Shown here one piece after another: positions 14,079-26,296 of a DNA stretch of 64,000 bases. Both the position numbers and the translations under genes were made by a program. This stretch comes from Ginglymostoma cirratum (taxonomy: Eukaryota): the NCBI GenBank assembly GCA_024137785.1, contig JAHRHZ010000002.1, forward strand, positions 4,803,258 through 4,867,257, read 5' to 3'. Positions within the stretch are counted from its first letter, which is position 1; the number at the start of each line of letters is the position of its first letter. Below the pieces are notes generated by a model. The model saw only the letters and a list, made by a program, of their open reading frames with translations, was not told where the DNA came from and ran no database searches.

Positions 14079-15159
14079 TCGGGATGCTCAGACAATGGCT
14101 GCCAGACTCAATGTTCCATATCAAGCAAGTGGTAGTCGCACTACAGGATTAATTTCTCATTTAGCACTTGAGGCATTCATAAAGACCGAGGCTGCTCACA
14201 CCTTCAGTGAAATCTGCTACTGCCTGATCCTTTTTATTTCCACTGGAGTGTATCATTGCCCATAAAGTTGTCTCATTCTGCGTATCATACTCCACGTAAT
14301 CCTAGTGTATTTAAATTAACAGCACATAGAGCAGTGAGTAGGGAGTTAGCAACAGGATAAATTGAGGGCCAGGATTGGGGGCCCAACACTTCAGTTTAAA
14401 CTGAGCAGAGAGACGAAATCAGCAACAGGATAAATTGATCCATGATATAATCCATTCCTTTGCCTAATTGCCTTTCTCTCCCTCTGTGCTGTTTCTCCAC
14501 CTATTCACTCACTCCTTTCCACTCCTCCCAATCCCCTCTATTAAGCATATACACCACCTTCGTCCCCCCACTATCAATTCTGAAGAAGAGTCACTGGACC
14601 CGAAACATTAACTCCGCTTTCTCACCGCGGATGCTGCCAGACCCACTGTGTTTCTCACAATTTTCATTTTCTATTCCAGAATCCTGAATACTTTCCTTTT
14701 GAGTTAGAATGAAATGGGGATCTTTTTCATTCTCACCCTTGGGGCCAAAGATAGAAATAACCTATCATTTGAGTCAAACTTCACATTCTGTTTCCAAATG
14801 CTGACTGGTCTGTTGTAAATTGGTACAATTTTCTATGTTTTGTCTCTGATTTATTTTGAAGTTAGATAAGATTGCTAATGCTTAGTCAATAAATATCAAT
14901 ATTAAAAGGCATTTGGTAATGAACTTTGGAACCAATTAGTAACTATAACCAGTCTCTAATGCTGTCATACAAAGGCTAAATGTTACATGAACATGTTGTA
15001 CTAAGTCATTCTTGTAGTTAAGAGTTATCAGTTTATTGTTTCAGATGTATTTTTCAAATCATGAAATAAATTACAAATGATCTTCTATCCAATTGGATGG
15101 GACCTCTCTCCCAGGTTCCATTCTTATCTATTTAATGAAACCCAGAGAATCACCTGGGA

Positions 15160-15790
15160 TTGTTTTTCTTCATGCTCGTCCACTGTAACACCCAGTGTCC
15201 TCCACAGATTTGTTCTCGGCCCTCTCTTATTTCTCAACAACTTGCTGCCCCTCTGTGACATAGAGGCAGAGAGTCATATAGCACAGAAACAGACCCTTCG
15301 GTCCAACCAGTCTATGCCAACCACAATCCCAAATTGAACTTGTGCCACCAGCCTGTGCTTGGCTCATATTCTTCCAAACATTTATTATTCATGTTCTTAT
15401 CCAAATATCTTTTAAATGTTGCAACTGTACTCACATCCACCACTTCCTCTGGAAGCTCATTCCACACACGTACCACCTTCTGTGTAAAAACGTTGCCCTC
15501 ATGTCTTTTTAAAATCTTTCTCCTCTCACCTTAAAAATATGCCCCCTATTGAAATCCCCCACCATAGGGAAAAGATGGTATGCACCTTATACCCCTCATA
15601 ATTTTTATAAACCTCTATAAGGTTACATTATTCAAAAGCACAGGCTAGCTTTCACACTAATGATACCCATCTCTACTTGACTACCATTTCTTCTCCTCCA
15701 CCAAATTATCACACTGTTTATCTGACATCCAGTACTAGATGAGCAGGAATTTCCTCAAATTAAATATTGGGAAGACAAAAGCAATGTCAG
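15160..15790 (+). mobile_element. L2-type LINE RT fragment interrupted by a CR1 3' fragment
   Basis: VLGPLLFL, DTHLYL and MSRNFLKLNIGKTKA motifs flank an antisense CR1 piece. Confidence 0.6.
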
Positions 15791-16699
15791 TGAGCAAGTT
15801 ACTGTCAATAACATTATTGACAACATCTTCCATCACTGATGGGGCAGTAATGACTGGATTGGATTTATCTTGCATTTTAAGGACCAGATATTGCTTACAG
15901 TCTCAGCCGCAAACTGTATTTCTTGTCTACTAAGTCCATCTCTCTCCCTTTAAGACTTAATTAGTCTGTTCTCAACTTTAGTGTCATTACAGCACCAAGT
16001 TATGAACGGTGGTGTACAATGAAATGATTAACTAGAGAAGTCCCTACAAATATTCACATCTCAGTGATGGGGGAGCCAAGCTCATTAGGTGCAAATTAAA
16101 TGGCTGAAGCTTTACAACCATCTTCAGCCAAACATCCTCCTGAAGTCCCCACTGTTGGCTGATTCAATTTATTCCATATGGTATCAAGGAACTACTGAAG
16201 ACTCAGCAAAGGCTGTGGACCCTGAAAACATCCCTGCTGCAGTACTGAAGTGTTGTCTCCAGGACTAACCACAAATTGTCCCAGTGGGTTACCCAGTGAC
16301 ATCCAACCAACAATGCCCTGTCTACAAAATGCAGGACAAATCCAATCCACTCATTGAAGGGTCTAGGCCCGAAACGTCAGCCTTCCTGCTCCTCTGATGC
16401 TGCTTGGCCTGCTGTGTTCATCCAGCTCCACACCTTGTTATCTCAGATTCTCCAGCATCGGCAGTTCCTATTATCTCTCTCCACTCATTACTCCCTGTCA
16501 GTTCACCCAAAGTGATGGAAGATATTGTAATAGTGTCATTGTGTAGCACTTACCTAGTGACAACTTGCTCACTGACACTCAATCTGACTCCCTCAAGGGC
16601 CACTTGGCTCCTGACCTCATGAGGGTCTGGGGGTCCCAACTTGCACAAAAGAGCCAAATTCTAGAGATGAGGGGAGAGTGACTGCCCTGATGTAAAGAT

Positions 16700-17110
16700 A
16701 GCACACAATAAGTTCCCCGAATGTCTCAAAATCCAGCTAGCATGTGACCATAGGAGCGTATCAGGGAGATGGTTAGGGGCAGCATGGTGGCTCAGTGATA
16801 AGCACTGCTGCCTCACAGCGCCAGATCCCAAGTTTCATTACTGCCTTTGACCCACCACAGCAACCCACAGCAAAGCTCCTTCGTAATAAAGGTTAACATG
16901 GCATGAATCCTGACTCCAGCCCATAATGAAATGTACACAAAGCAAGATTACAATGGGATCCATGTGGCCACAAAGGCCATTGTTGAGCACCAACATGTGA
17001 GGCAGGAGATGCTCTGGAGATTTGCAGTTCTGAGTTAGTCAATGTCCAGATTCCTGCTCATTTGCCCCATGAAGCATAATCCAACCACAATGAAGATATA
17101 GCCATTACAA
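16700..17110 (+). mobile_element. PIF/Harbinger transposase remnant, with a SINE 5' piece inserted at about 16776-16850
   Basis: KIQLACDH and ILTPAHNEMYTKQDYNGIHVATKAIVEH resemble HARBI1-type DDE motifs. Confidence 0.55.
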
Positions 17111-17289
17111 CAGCATATTACGGGAGAAGCTGAGGAAAGGAAGATGAGGGAGAAGGGGAAGTGCACAAAGAGGAATTGGAGGAAACAGAAGTGCAGGTGG
17201 GGAAAATGAAGGAGGTGGAGGAAGGGGAACCAGAGGAGGTGAAAATTGGGGAGAAAAATGTGGATGAGGGTATAATGGAGAAGGGGGAG

Positions 17290-17565
17290 TGATTGGACAG
17301 ACAGGAAGGAAATTAGCCATCAGAATATATGAACATCAGCTAGCAGCAAAACTACACAATGAACTCTCCTTAATATCAGTATACTCGGACAATGAAGGCC
17401 ATCAGTTTAACTGGGACAAGGTAACCATAGTAGCTCAAGCCAAACACAGACACACGCAGGAATTCCTAGAGGCATGGTTCTCCACCCACATGTCAATCAA
17501 CAAACATAGAATTAGACCCCATATATAAACCCATACAGATTAAAACTGGAAATGACAGTACTCAC
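17290..17565 (+). mobile_element. Penelope-like (Poseidon-type) GIY-YIG fragment; its 3' end resumes at about 18840-18970
   Basis: IGQTGRKLAIRIYEHQLA...HQFNWD...EFLEAW; the downstream piece carries a degenerate hammerhead-type motif. Confidence 0.75.
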
Positions 17566-17569
17566 CATA

Positions 17570-18838
17570 GAAAACAAGGTGTGGAGCTGGATGAACACAG
17601 CAGGCCAGGCAGCATTAGAGGAGCAGGGAAGCTGACGTTTCGGGTCTGGACCCTTCTTCAGAAATGGGGGAGGGGAGGGGGGCTCTGAAATAAATAGAGA
17701 GAAGGGGAGGCGATGATAGAAGGTGGATAACGGAGCAGATAGGTGGAGAGAAGATGGACAGGTCAAGGAGGTGGGGATGAAGCTAGTACAGGTGAGTGTA
17801 GGTAGAAAGTGGGGGTGGGGGTTGGTCAGTGAGGAGGGAGGGGCAGGTAGGTGGGAGGGAAGACGGACGGGTCAAGGAGGCGGGGATGAAGCTAGTAAAG
17901 GTGAGTGTAGGTAGAAAGTGGGGGTGGGGGTTGGTCAGTGAGGTGGGAGGAGCGGATAGGTGGGAGAGAAGATGGACAGGTCAAGGAGGCAGGGACGAGA
18001 AGGTGGTGCTGGTCTTGGGATGAGTTCGGGGTTTGGGAGATTTTGAAGCTTGTAAAGTCCACATTGAGACCATTGGGTTGTAGGGTTCCCAGGCAGAATT
18101 TTTTTTTTCCCTTATTCACCCATGGGATGAGGGTGTCACTGGCTAGGCAGCATTTATTGCCCATTCCTAATTGTCCAGAGGGCAGTTACAAGTCAACCAC
18201 ATTGCTCTGGGTCGGGAGTCACAAGTAGGCCAGACCACGTAAGGATGGCAGTTTTCTCCCCTAAAGGACATTAGTGAACCAAATGGGTTTTTCCAACAAT
18301 CAACAATGGATTCACGGTCATCATTAGACTCTTAGTTCCAGATATTTATTGAATTCAAATTCCACCATCTGCCATAGCAGGATTTGAACCCGGGTCCCCA
18401 GAACATTATGTGAGTCTCTGGATTAACAGTCCAGCGATAATACCACTAGCCCATTGCCTCCCCATAGAATATGACATGCTGTTCCTCCAGTTTTCAGGTG
18501 GCATCGTTTTGGCACTGGAGGAGGCCCAGGATAGACATGTCGTCCAAGGAGTGGGAGGGGAAATTGAAGTGGTTCGCGAACGGGATGTGTTGCCATTTGT
18601 CACGAAACGAGTGTAGGTGCTCCACAAAGTGGTCTCTCAGCCTCCATTTCGTTTCCCCAACGTCGAGGGAGCCACATTGGGAACAGCAGATAAAATAAAC
18701 CACATTAGCGGATATGCAGGTGATCATCTGTTTAATGTGGAAGGTTTTCTTGGAGCCTGGGATGGAGGTGTAGGGGCAGGTGTAGCACCTCCTGTGGTTG
18801 CAGGGAAAGGTGCCGATGGTGGTGGGGCTAGTGGGACC
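17570..18838 (-). mobile_element. Penelope-like (Neptune-type) 3' fragment interrupted by a SINE
   Basis: CNHRRCYTCPY...VGETKWRLRDHFVEHL (ORF 18494-18856), a partly duplicated pLTR segment, and a SINE at about 18100-18462. Confidence 0.85.
18098..18463 (-). mobile_element. tRNA-derived SINE nested in a Penelope element
   Basis: Poly-T (antisense A tail) at about 18098-18107 and B-box-like GGTTCAAATCC on the minus strand. Confidence 0.75.
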
Positions 18839-18969
18839 AGACAGTATAAATTCCAAGCTGAGTAGAATAACATTGCTTCATCAGAGGCTCCACTAATGAT
18901 GTCACCTAGCATGGTGACAAAATGTCTGAACGAGAACACGCCAGCCCAGTGAGCAAGTCAACAACCTCA

Positions 18970-19200
18970 AGGGGAAGTGAATTAAGGAAAATGGAGGAGA
19001 GGACATGGAGATAGGCAATGGGGGGAATGGAGGTGGAATTTGAAATTGGGGAACTGGAGGGCGAAATGGGGGTGAGAAGTGAAATGGGTGGGGGAGGTGG
19101 AAATTGGGGAATGAGAGTGGAATGGAAAGGGGGGAATGGAAGTTGGGAACTGGAGGGGGAAGTGGAAGGGCAGAAGAGTAATGGGGGGAAACGGATGAAA
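18970..19200 (+). repeat. Purine-rich low-complexity tract (another at about 17120-17290)
   Basis: GGAA/GGGA-rich imperfect repeats. Confidence 0.7.
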
Positions 19201-20059
19201 AAACAGTAGTGTTGAAGTTGAGACTGTTAGAGTCATGTCCTTTCGTTCATTTTTTCACAGGAGGCACAGGGCAATTGATATACTAATTGTAAAATTTTGG
19301 AGTTAAAGTCAACAACCCACAGGATATAATGAAAGAAGATAACTAATTTTCATCAGGTTTTAGTTATTTTTACTGCAAATGCCCAGAACCTACTTCTTGA
19401 GCAGTCCAGAGGTTTCCCTCCTTTTGTTGTAAACATCGAAGCCATTCCTCTGCCCAGGAGTCAATGTGGCAATTATCGTCCAGCTGTTGAGTTTCAGCAT
19501 CCACATCTGGTTATAACTGCACAAACCAAACATCAACCTGTTGCTGGATGAATCTTTCTCTGCACAAGCACACACTCTAGTTTTGTGGTGTCTTATTTCT
19601 CCTCCCTCACTGCTTGCAAAGCAGCACTGTAAACACAGCTCACAAAGAGTTCCAGCAAACCTGTTTCAAAATAAACAGTCCTGGCTTTCCACAGACCTTG
19701 ATTTTAAAACAGTCCTTTTTCCTGTTTTTAATTCACAATCAAAAATAAAGTATAATAGAAAGATGAGGGGCTAAATCTTATTTTTTTTGGCTAAAGTTAG
19801 TTGCATCAAGTTTTTTGGAGGGGTTAGACCAAAGGTTTTTCTCACCAAATCTTACCATATGCACCCCATTAATTATCTACGCTGCTTCATGGAGTCACTT
19901 TTATCAGAATTTAACCCTTTCCTACCAAACATATCACTCCAGGAACAATTTGCTACTGCCTGGGTAATCTGGAATTACTTGGCATCCGTGGTACCTGGGC
20001 TCTCTTTGAAAAGCTGTTGAGTGCCTGGACAAGCATTGTCAGTCTGGAGCTGCTCTGCG

Positions 20060-20340
20060 TGGTTCATGATATTTGTCCCTGACCTCACAGACAAGCTGGA
20101 CTTGACACCCCACATTGCTGGCAGGGACTTGGAGTGCCTGCTGGACAGATGGTGCACTGGACAGATGTCCTCTTTCCCCAGACTGGAGGCGATGACACCA
20201 GAACATGCCAACCTGAAGTTGCTACCTGGCTCAGTGCAGTCTCAGCCATTTGGAGGAATGCCCAGCACTGTAGGAGGAAGGCCATTTACCTTCTCCACTG
20301 CTAGGGTAAGTGCCATCATTTTCTCTCTGATACTTCACAC
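20060..20340 (+). mobile_element. Harbinger-associated Myb/SANT-like ORF remnant (related copies about 8240-8350 + and 11190-11340 -)
   Basis: PHIAGRDLECLLD...DVLFP...AVSAIWRNAQHCRRKAIYLLH across frameshifts. Confidence 0.5.
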
Positions 20341-20851
20341 TCGTTCCATTTCTGCTACTAAACCCATCAAGGCTTATGCTCAACCATTTCATTATTGCCT
20401 GAAACATCTTCCCCAATTATTCCAACTCCTTGACGCCACTAACCCTACATGCCCTCTGTGCTGTCCGCTCACTCACTCAGAATATTTCACCATCCACACC
20501 AACTGTAAGAGCTGTCACACCCATTTTTGTCTCCCTCAGTATCAGCCACTGACTCATTCCAGGAAGAAAGCTGCACTCAATAGGGTACAGAGCGTCAAGA
20601 TGGGTAATGTTCTGCCTGACATTCAGCTCTTTTCCCCTCATGTCATCAGCTTTCTGACTTAGACCACCTCTGGTGGCTGACTGACCCTGCCCAAACCTTG
20701 GATTGACAATGGAGGCTGGCCTTGACTTACTGTGCTGGGATCCTCTATCTGAAGGCCATCCTCCTTGGCTTGACTGAGCACAGCTGACAACTATAACAGG
20801 CTTTCTGGCTTTGTGCCTGTGCTTAGTGGCAAAGCAGGACAGCATTATTTT

Positions 20852-21070
20852 AAAATAACACAGAGTAGAGCTGGAGGAACACAGCAGGTCAGGCAGCATC
20901 GGAGCAGTAGGAAAGTTGACGTTTCGGGTCGGGACCCTTCTTCAGAAACCCCATTTCTGAAGAGGGGTCCCGACCCAAGAAGTCAATTTTCCTGCTTCTC
21001 TGATGCTGTGTTCCTCCAGCTCCATTCTGTGTTATCTCTGACTCTCGCATCGGCAGTTCGTACTATCTCT
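20852..21070. mobile_element. Short palindromic Penelope-pLTR-derived insertion
   Basis: Inverted pLTR halves centred near 20950; CAGCATTA at 20840-20847 and 21071-21078. Confidence 0.7.
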
Positions 21071-21079
21071 CAGCATTAG

Positions 21080-21880
21080 TTTGAGTTCAGTGACCCTTCT
21101 TCAGAACTAAAAGCTAGGAATAGTCAGTACATATGCTGAAGACAAGGGGTTGGGGCGGCTGCGGGGTGGGGTTGGTATAGGAGTGAGCGGATAAGCAGAA
21201 ATGGACCCCAGAGAAAGAGAACAACAGTTAGACAAAGGGATGGATGAGAGTATGCTCATGAGAAAGAAAGGCTGATAATTGGGATTAAGAATGGGTTGCC
21301 TCTGTTGATAGCAGGGCTGGGGTGCAGGGGTGGGTAAACGTTGTGGAAGAAAGTGCTCAGGCTCTAAAATTGTTGAACTCAATATTAAGTCTAGATGGCT
21401 GCAAAGCTCCCAGGTGGAAAATGAAGTGTTGTTCTTCCAACTTGCTCTGAGCTTTGCTGGAACACTGCAGCAAACCTGAGACAGAGATGTTGGCCAGGGA
21501 GCAGGATGGTGTCTAAAAGGGGCAGGCAACTGGAAGCTCAGGGTCTTTTTTGCAGACAGAACGTGCAAAGTGGTCACCCAGTCTGTACTTCATTTCCCCA
21601 ATGTCAAAGAGGCCACATTGTGAGCAGTGAATACAGCAGACTACATTGAATGAAATACATCTAAAGTGCTGTTTCACCTGGAAGGTATGTCTGGGACCTT
21701 GTACAGTGAAGAGGGAAGAAGTAAATGGGTGGGTGTTACACCTTCTGTGATTACAGGGGGAGCTGCCGTGGGGCTGTGGAGATGGTGCTGGGGGTGAAGG
21801 AGGAGTGGACCAGGGCATTCCAGATGGAACGGTCTCTGCGGAAGGCTGACATGAGAGGGATTAATGCTGAGAGTCTGGTG
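21080..21880 (-). mobile_element. Penelope-like GIY-YIG fragment, older subfamily
   Basis: CNHRRCNTHPF...CSQCGLFDIGEMKYRLGDHFA in ORF 21513-21818. Confidence 0.75.
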
Positions 21881-22539
21881 TTGGCTGAGGGGTAGGGTGC
21901 AAAAAGGCAAAGTAAGGCAGAGAAAGCAACACCCAAGTAGGTGCAGAGAGAGTGAGCACTCTGACAGCAAGTGAAGGGCCCAGAGCTAAACCCTGGCCCA
22001 GTCCATTTTCTGGGTGTGTGCTCCTGAGCACTGTGTCCTTGCTGCAGCATTACAATGGGACTGGCTGGTGCAGCCTGAGGTGCAGCATTGACGAATGGAT
22101 CAGAAATGTATGAGATGGTCCTTGGAGGCTGCCAGATGTCTGGTGCCGTTGTCCATGGATTTGTGGTACATGTGGCGAGTCCCATGGAGGGTTGGTATCC
22201 GATATCCTTTACAGCAAGCAGTAAGCTGAAGCTGCCAGGTATTTGCTCTGACTACCAGGTTGGGGATTTATAGAATCCCTACAGTGTGGAAGCAGGCCAT
22301 TCAGCCCATCATGACCACACTGACCCTCTGAACAGCATCACATCCAGAACCACTCCCTTATTCTATTGCTGCAACCCTGCACTTTGCATGGCTAACCCAC
22401 CTAGCCTGAACATCCCTGGGCACACTATCCCTGGGCAATTTAGCATGGCCTATCCCCTTAACCTGCACATGTTTGGACTGTGGGAGGAGACTGGAGAACC
22501 CAGAGGAAACCCACACAGACACGGGGAGAACGTGCAAAC

Positions 22540-22996
22540 TTGTGCATCATGGCTTGGTACTGCAACTGTTTTGTCGAGGACCGTAAGAAAGTACAGAGAA
22601 TTGTGAACACAGCCCAGTCCATCATGCAAGCCAACCTTCTGCTCATTGACTCCATCTACATTTGCTGCCTCAGACATGCAGCCAACATCATCAAAGATCC
22701 TTTCCTGCTTATAATGTCTTCCAACTTCCTCTGTGGGCAGAAGATGCAAAAGCTTAAACACAGATTCAAATACAGCTTCTTCCCCGCTGTTATTAGACTT
22801 CTGAAAGGATCTCTCAAATTTCAAATCTAATGTTGATCTTTCGTTCTGTACACCTTATTTGCAGTCTTAACTTTGTATTTCTTGCTGTGTACAATTACCC
22901 TGTGCACTTTGTATGGTATGATCTGCCCATGAAACAAACTTTTCACTGTACCTAGGCCCACGTGTCAATAATAAATCAAATCACATCAAATCAAAT
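22540..22996 (+). mobile_element. Rex1/Babar LINE 3' end
   Basis: CIMAWYCNC...DRKKVQRIVNTAQSI...RFKYSFFPAVIRLL, then AATAAA and an (ATCAA)n tail. Confidence 0.8.
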
Positions 22997-23154
22997 TAGT
23001 AGGGTGCCAGGTGGGTAAAATGCCAGCTTAAATGATGGAATACAAAGCCAGGGGTAGGGGTTGTCAGGGCTAGACCTGGTGACAAGGTAGTGGAGCTATG
23101 TTGGGGTTGTAGGGCATTTTGGATTAGGTTCGGTGGTAAGATGAAGGTTGGGAT

Positions 23155-23552
23155 GAGGGGGTCAGAGAGTGGAAGGGGGGTGTGGGGGGTCAGTGAGAGT
23201 GAGGGGGCGTGGGGGGTCAGTGAGTGAGGAGGGCATGGGGGTCAGAGGGTGGGGAGCATGGGGTCAGAGAGTGTAGAGGGGCGTGGGGGTCAGACAGTGA
23301 GGAGGGTGTGGGGGTCAGTGAGTGAGAAGGGCTTGGGGGTCAGTGAGTGAGGAGGGCATGGGGGTCAGTGAGTGAGGAGAATGTGGGGGTCAGAGAATGG
23401 GGGGCATGGGGGGGTCAGTGAGAGTGAGGGGAGAGTGTGGGTCAGAGAGTGGGGGGGGGCGTGGGGGTCAGAGAGTGGAGGGGGACATGGGGGGGAGGTC
23501 AGTGAGTGAGGACGTGGGGGGTCAGTGAGTGAGGAGGACGTGGGGGTCAGAC
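23155..23552 (+). repeat. G-rich minisatellite, unit about 20-25 bp (GGGGGTCAGWGAGTGAGGAGGGCRT)
   Basis: More than 15 imperfect tandem copies anchored on GGGGTCAG. Confidence 0.9.
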
Positions 23553-23564
23553 AGAATTGAGGCA

Positions 23565-23965
23565 CTGACCACCATTTTTTGGCTATGCTGGGCTTGGTAT
23601 GGCGTCCATGTGACCGACACGAGGCTCCCTGAACAGGTGCTCCACCCCCAGCTCCAAAACGGCAGGTGAGCCCCAGGTGGGCAGAGGAAGTGCTTCAGTG
23701 ATACTCTCAAGGCCTCACTGTTACTGGGAAATCACTGGTCCAAGACCGTCCAAAGTGGAGGAGGAGCTTCCGGGAAGGTGTCGAGTGCCTTGAGACTTAC
23801 CACCAGGAAAATATAGAAGCCAGATGAAGGCAGCGCACTGCCACATCAGTGTCCTTCCCTAAGTGTAACAGAGCGTTGCAGTAGCTGTATCAGACTTCAT
23901 GGCCACCTACGGGCTCACCCTGAGATTGGAAGAGAGTCATCCTTGTCTGTGAGGGACAGAATGCC
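23565..23965 (+). mobile_element. RTE-type LINE 3' fragment
   Basis: VHVTDTRLPEQVL...PGGQRKCFSDTLKASL...SLVQDRPKWRRS. Confidence 0.7.
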
Positions 23966-26296
23966 CAGGTGCCTGCAATGGAAAGGATGATACAGGAGAT
24001 ACAACAGCAACTGTGTGAGGCACTGACAGTCCTGTGTTTGTTGCTGTCTGTTTCGTTACCCCATTTTCCATTCTCAGCCCCTCAAATTTATTTATTTTTG
24101 TTAATCAATTACATTGGTTTGAGTTGTGTTTACGCATTCATTAAAAATTGCCTTAAACTTGATGGTCACTATTGCCTTGAAACTTTTATTCTTATTATCT
24201 GCTCTGGTTCATATACCATTACTCAATGTAGCGGTCAATCTCTGTTCTTGGGCTTTCTACATACTGGATAATAAGAGTTTTCTACGTACTGTAGGGAATC
24301 CATATTGCGTCCGTTCTGTTTCCTCTTCTACCCAAATAAATATCAGAGTTGTTCAAACCCCTCATTATTATTATTCTCTACTTTATTCTCATTTTCCTAA
24401 ATTTTGTGCATTGTACTTCTCTTCCTTCCTTCAATTACTGTTAGATGACCACAACTACCTTTCAAATTCTCCTCCTTGACCAATGCCCCCTCCAAATGTC
24501 TCATTTTGTTCAGTGTCTTTTTCTTTTTTCATCATTCCTCTTACGTTTTCTGAGAGCTTTCCTGAAACGTCAGAAGGGTCTCGACCCGAAACGTCAGCTT
24601 TCCTGCTGAAGGGTCTTGACCGGAAACATCAAGCTTTCCTGCTCCTCTGACGCTGCTTGGCCTCCTGTGTTCATCCAGCTCTACACCTTGTTATCTCAGA
24701 TTCTCCAGCATCGGCAGTTCCTACTATCTACATATAAATGTGCACCGTTGTTGTTGTTGTGGTGGTTTAATTTGCTTCAAAGTTTATAGTGCAACCTCAT
24801 TGCGCGATAGGATTTATACCATTTTTTTTCAAAGTCCACAGACTGTTTGAGCTCTGTTTCTCAAACCTCGGTTTGGTGGAAAGATTTCCTTTCAAGTGGA
24901 TTTAGAAATATCGATCTCCTCACTGGAATGGTACCCTAGGTCACATCTGAAAACATGCTGCCCTTCGTTGTATTTATGGCCCATTGCTTGGGGTTCCCTG
25001 CATTCCAGTTTTATCAAATCACCAAATGGAGAATGACCACAAACCGCCCCCACTTTGGCCACCAGATGGAACTATTTCACCAGCTGGTGGAAACAACTGT
25101 CTCCACATCTTGGACATGAAATTGTTCAGGAATTTTTAGTAATAATGAATTTCCTTTAAAAATATAATGAAATTGGGGTGAATCATATTCCCTGGGTGCA
25201 TTGTAGCTTTAAGTGTAAGATGCAATTTTTGACAACTTTGCTTCACAGTGTACAGGCCAAACCTCCATCTGATAGGAAGTACATCTTGCATTTTTTAAAA
25301 AAAAGCGCAGGGGTTTCTCAAACACACTGAAGACCAGAATTAGAGATCCAGTTCAGTCTCTGGGTCACAATACATTTCTGAATATTATGCATTTAAAATC
25401 AAAACCTCACTTCGGGGCAGCAAGGACCACCAATGGATCTTTGAACTTCCATTTTGATGTAAACAAGATGGGTCAGAGCAGTATATCTCACTTGCAGGAA
25501 GATCTCAGAGTAAAACATGAGGCACTAAAATAACAATATTATATTTTACTCAGTAATATTAGGCACCTCTCCTCCAGTAAACAAACTTGGACTGCAATTT
25601 CTGTCCCCCAATTTTGTTTTCTTTTGTTTGCAATGTCGGCCTTAATTTAACTTTTCTTACCTTTGTTTTGGGATGCTCATAATTCATCATTCATCCTCCT
25701 GTCAACTGCACTGAGGGTTTGCCTGCAATAAGGTGTTTTTACTGGATACTGCATGCTTATGTTGTCTCCCATAATATAAGAAACCGAACATGGATATTGT
25801 GATATTGAAAAATACAACACATGCTGATTACAGCTGACTATTATGTACAAACATTGCATTCTCAGGCACATAGGTGTCTGGCATAACATTAAACTCTTAG
25901 ATTACAGCAGAGGAGCAAACTGCCCTTCAGTGTCATGCTTCAAGTGATCTGAGGTAAGTTGGAGTATGAAATCTTCATACCCTCAAGATACAAGCTATGA
26001 AACAGTAACGTTCTCTTAAAAAAAACTGACACTGTGATCATGAGGCATATACAGCAGACTTACTTCTTATTTCTTTACTCAGTATTACTGCAGTACTCTT
26101 TGCAACACAAATTCTTTTGTCATTTTATGTCTCCTACCTTACGACCCATCTCAGATTTTCCCACCTTTTCCATGTCATCTACATAAAAATATCACATGTC
26201 AAACTTGCCCCAGTTTAGATGAAAGATAATCTCCTGAGACATTAACACTGTTTGTCTCCTCAGTGATGCTCCCAGATCGGCTGAATATTTTCTGCC

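Noticed and set aside
16776-16850. tRNA genes (also 3410, 37325-37395, 62740-62791)
   Set aside because: A/B-box heads of tRNA-derived SINEs with no complete cloverleaf.
20021-20662. 213-aa ORF as a novel protein
   Set aside because: It crosses frames of a degenerate Harbinger Myb-like remnant and has no splice or domain support.
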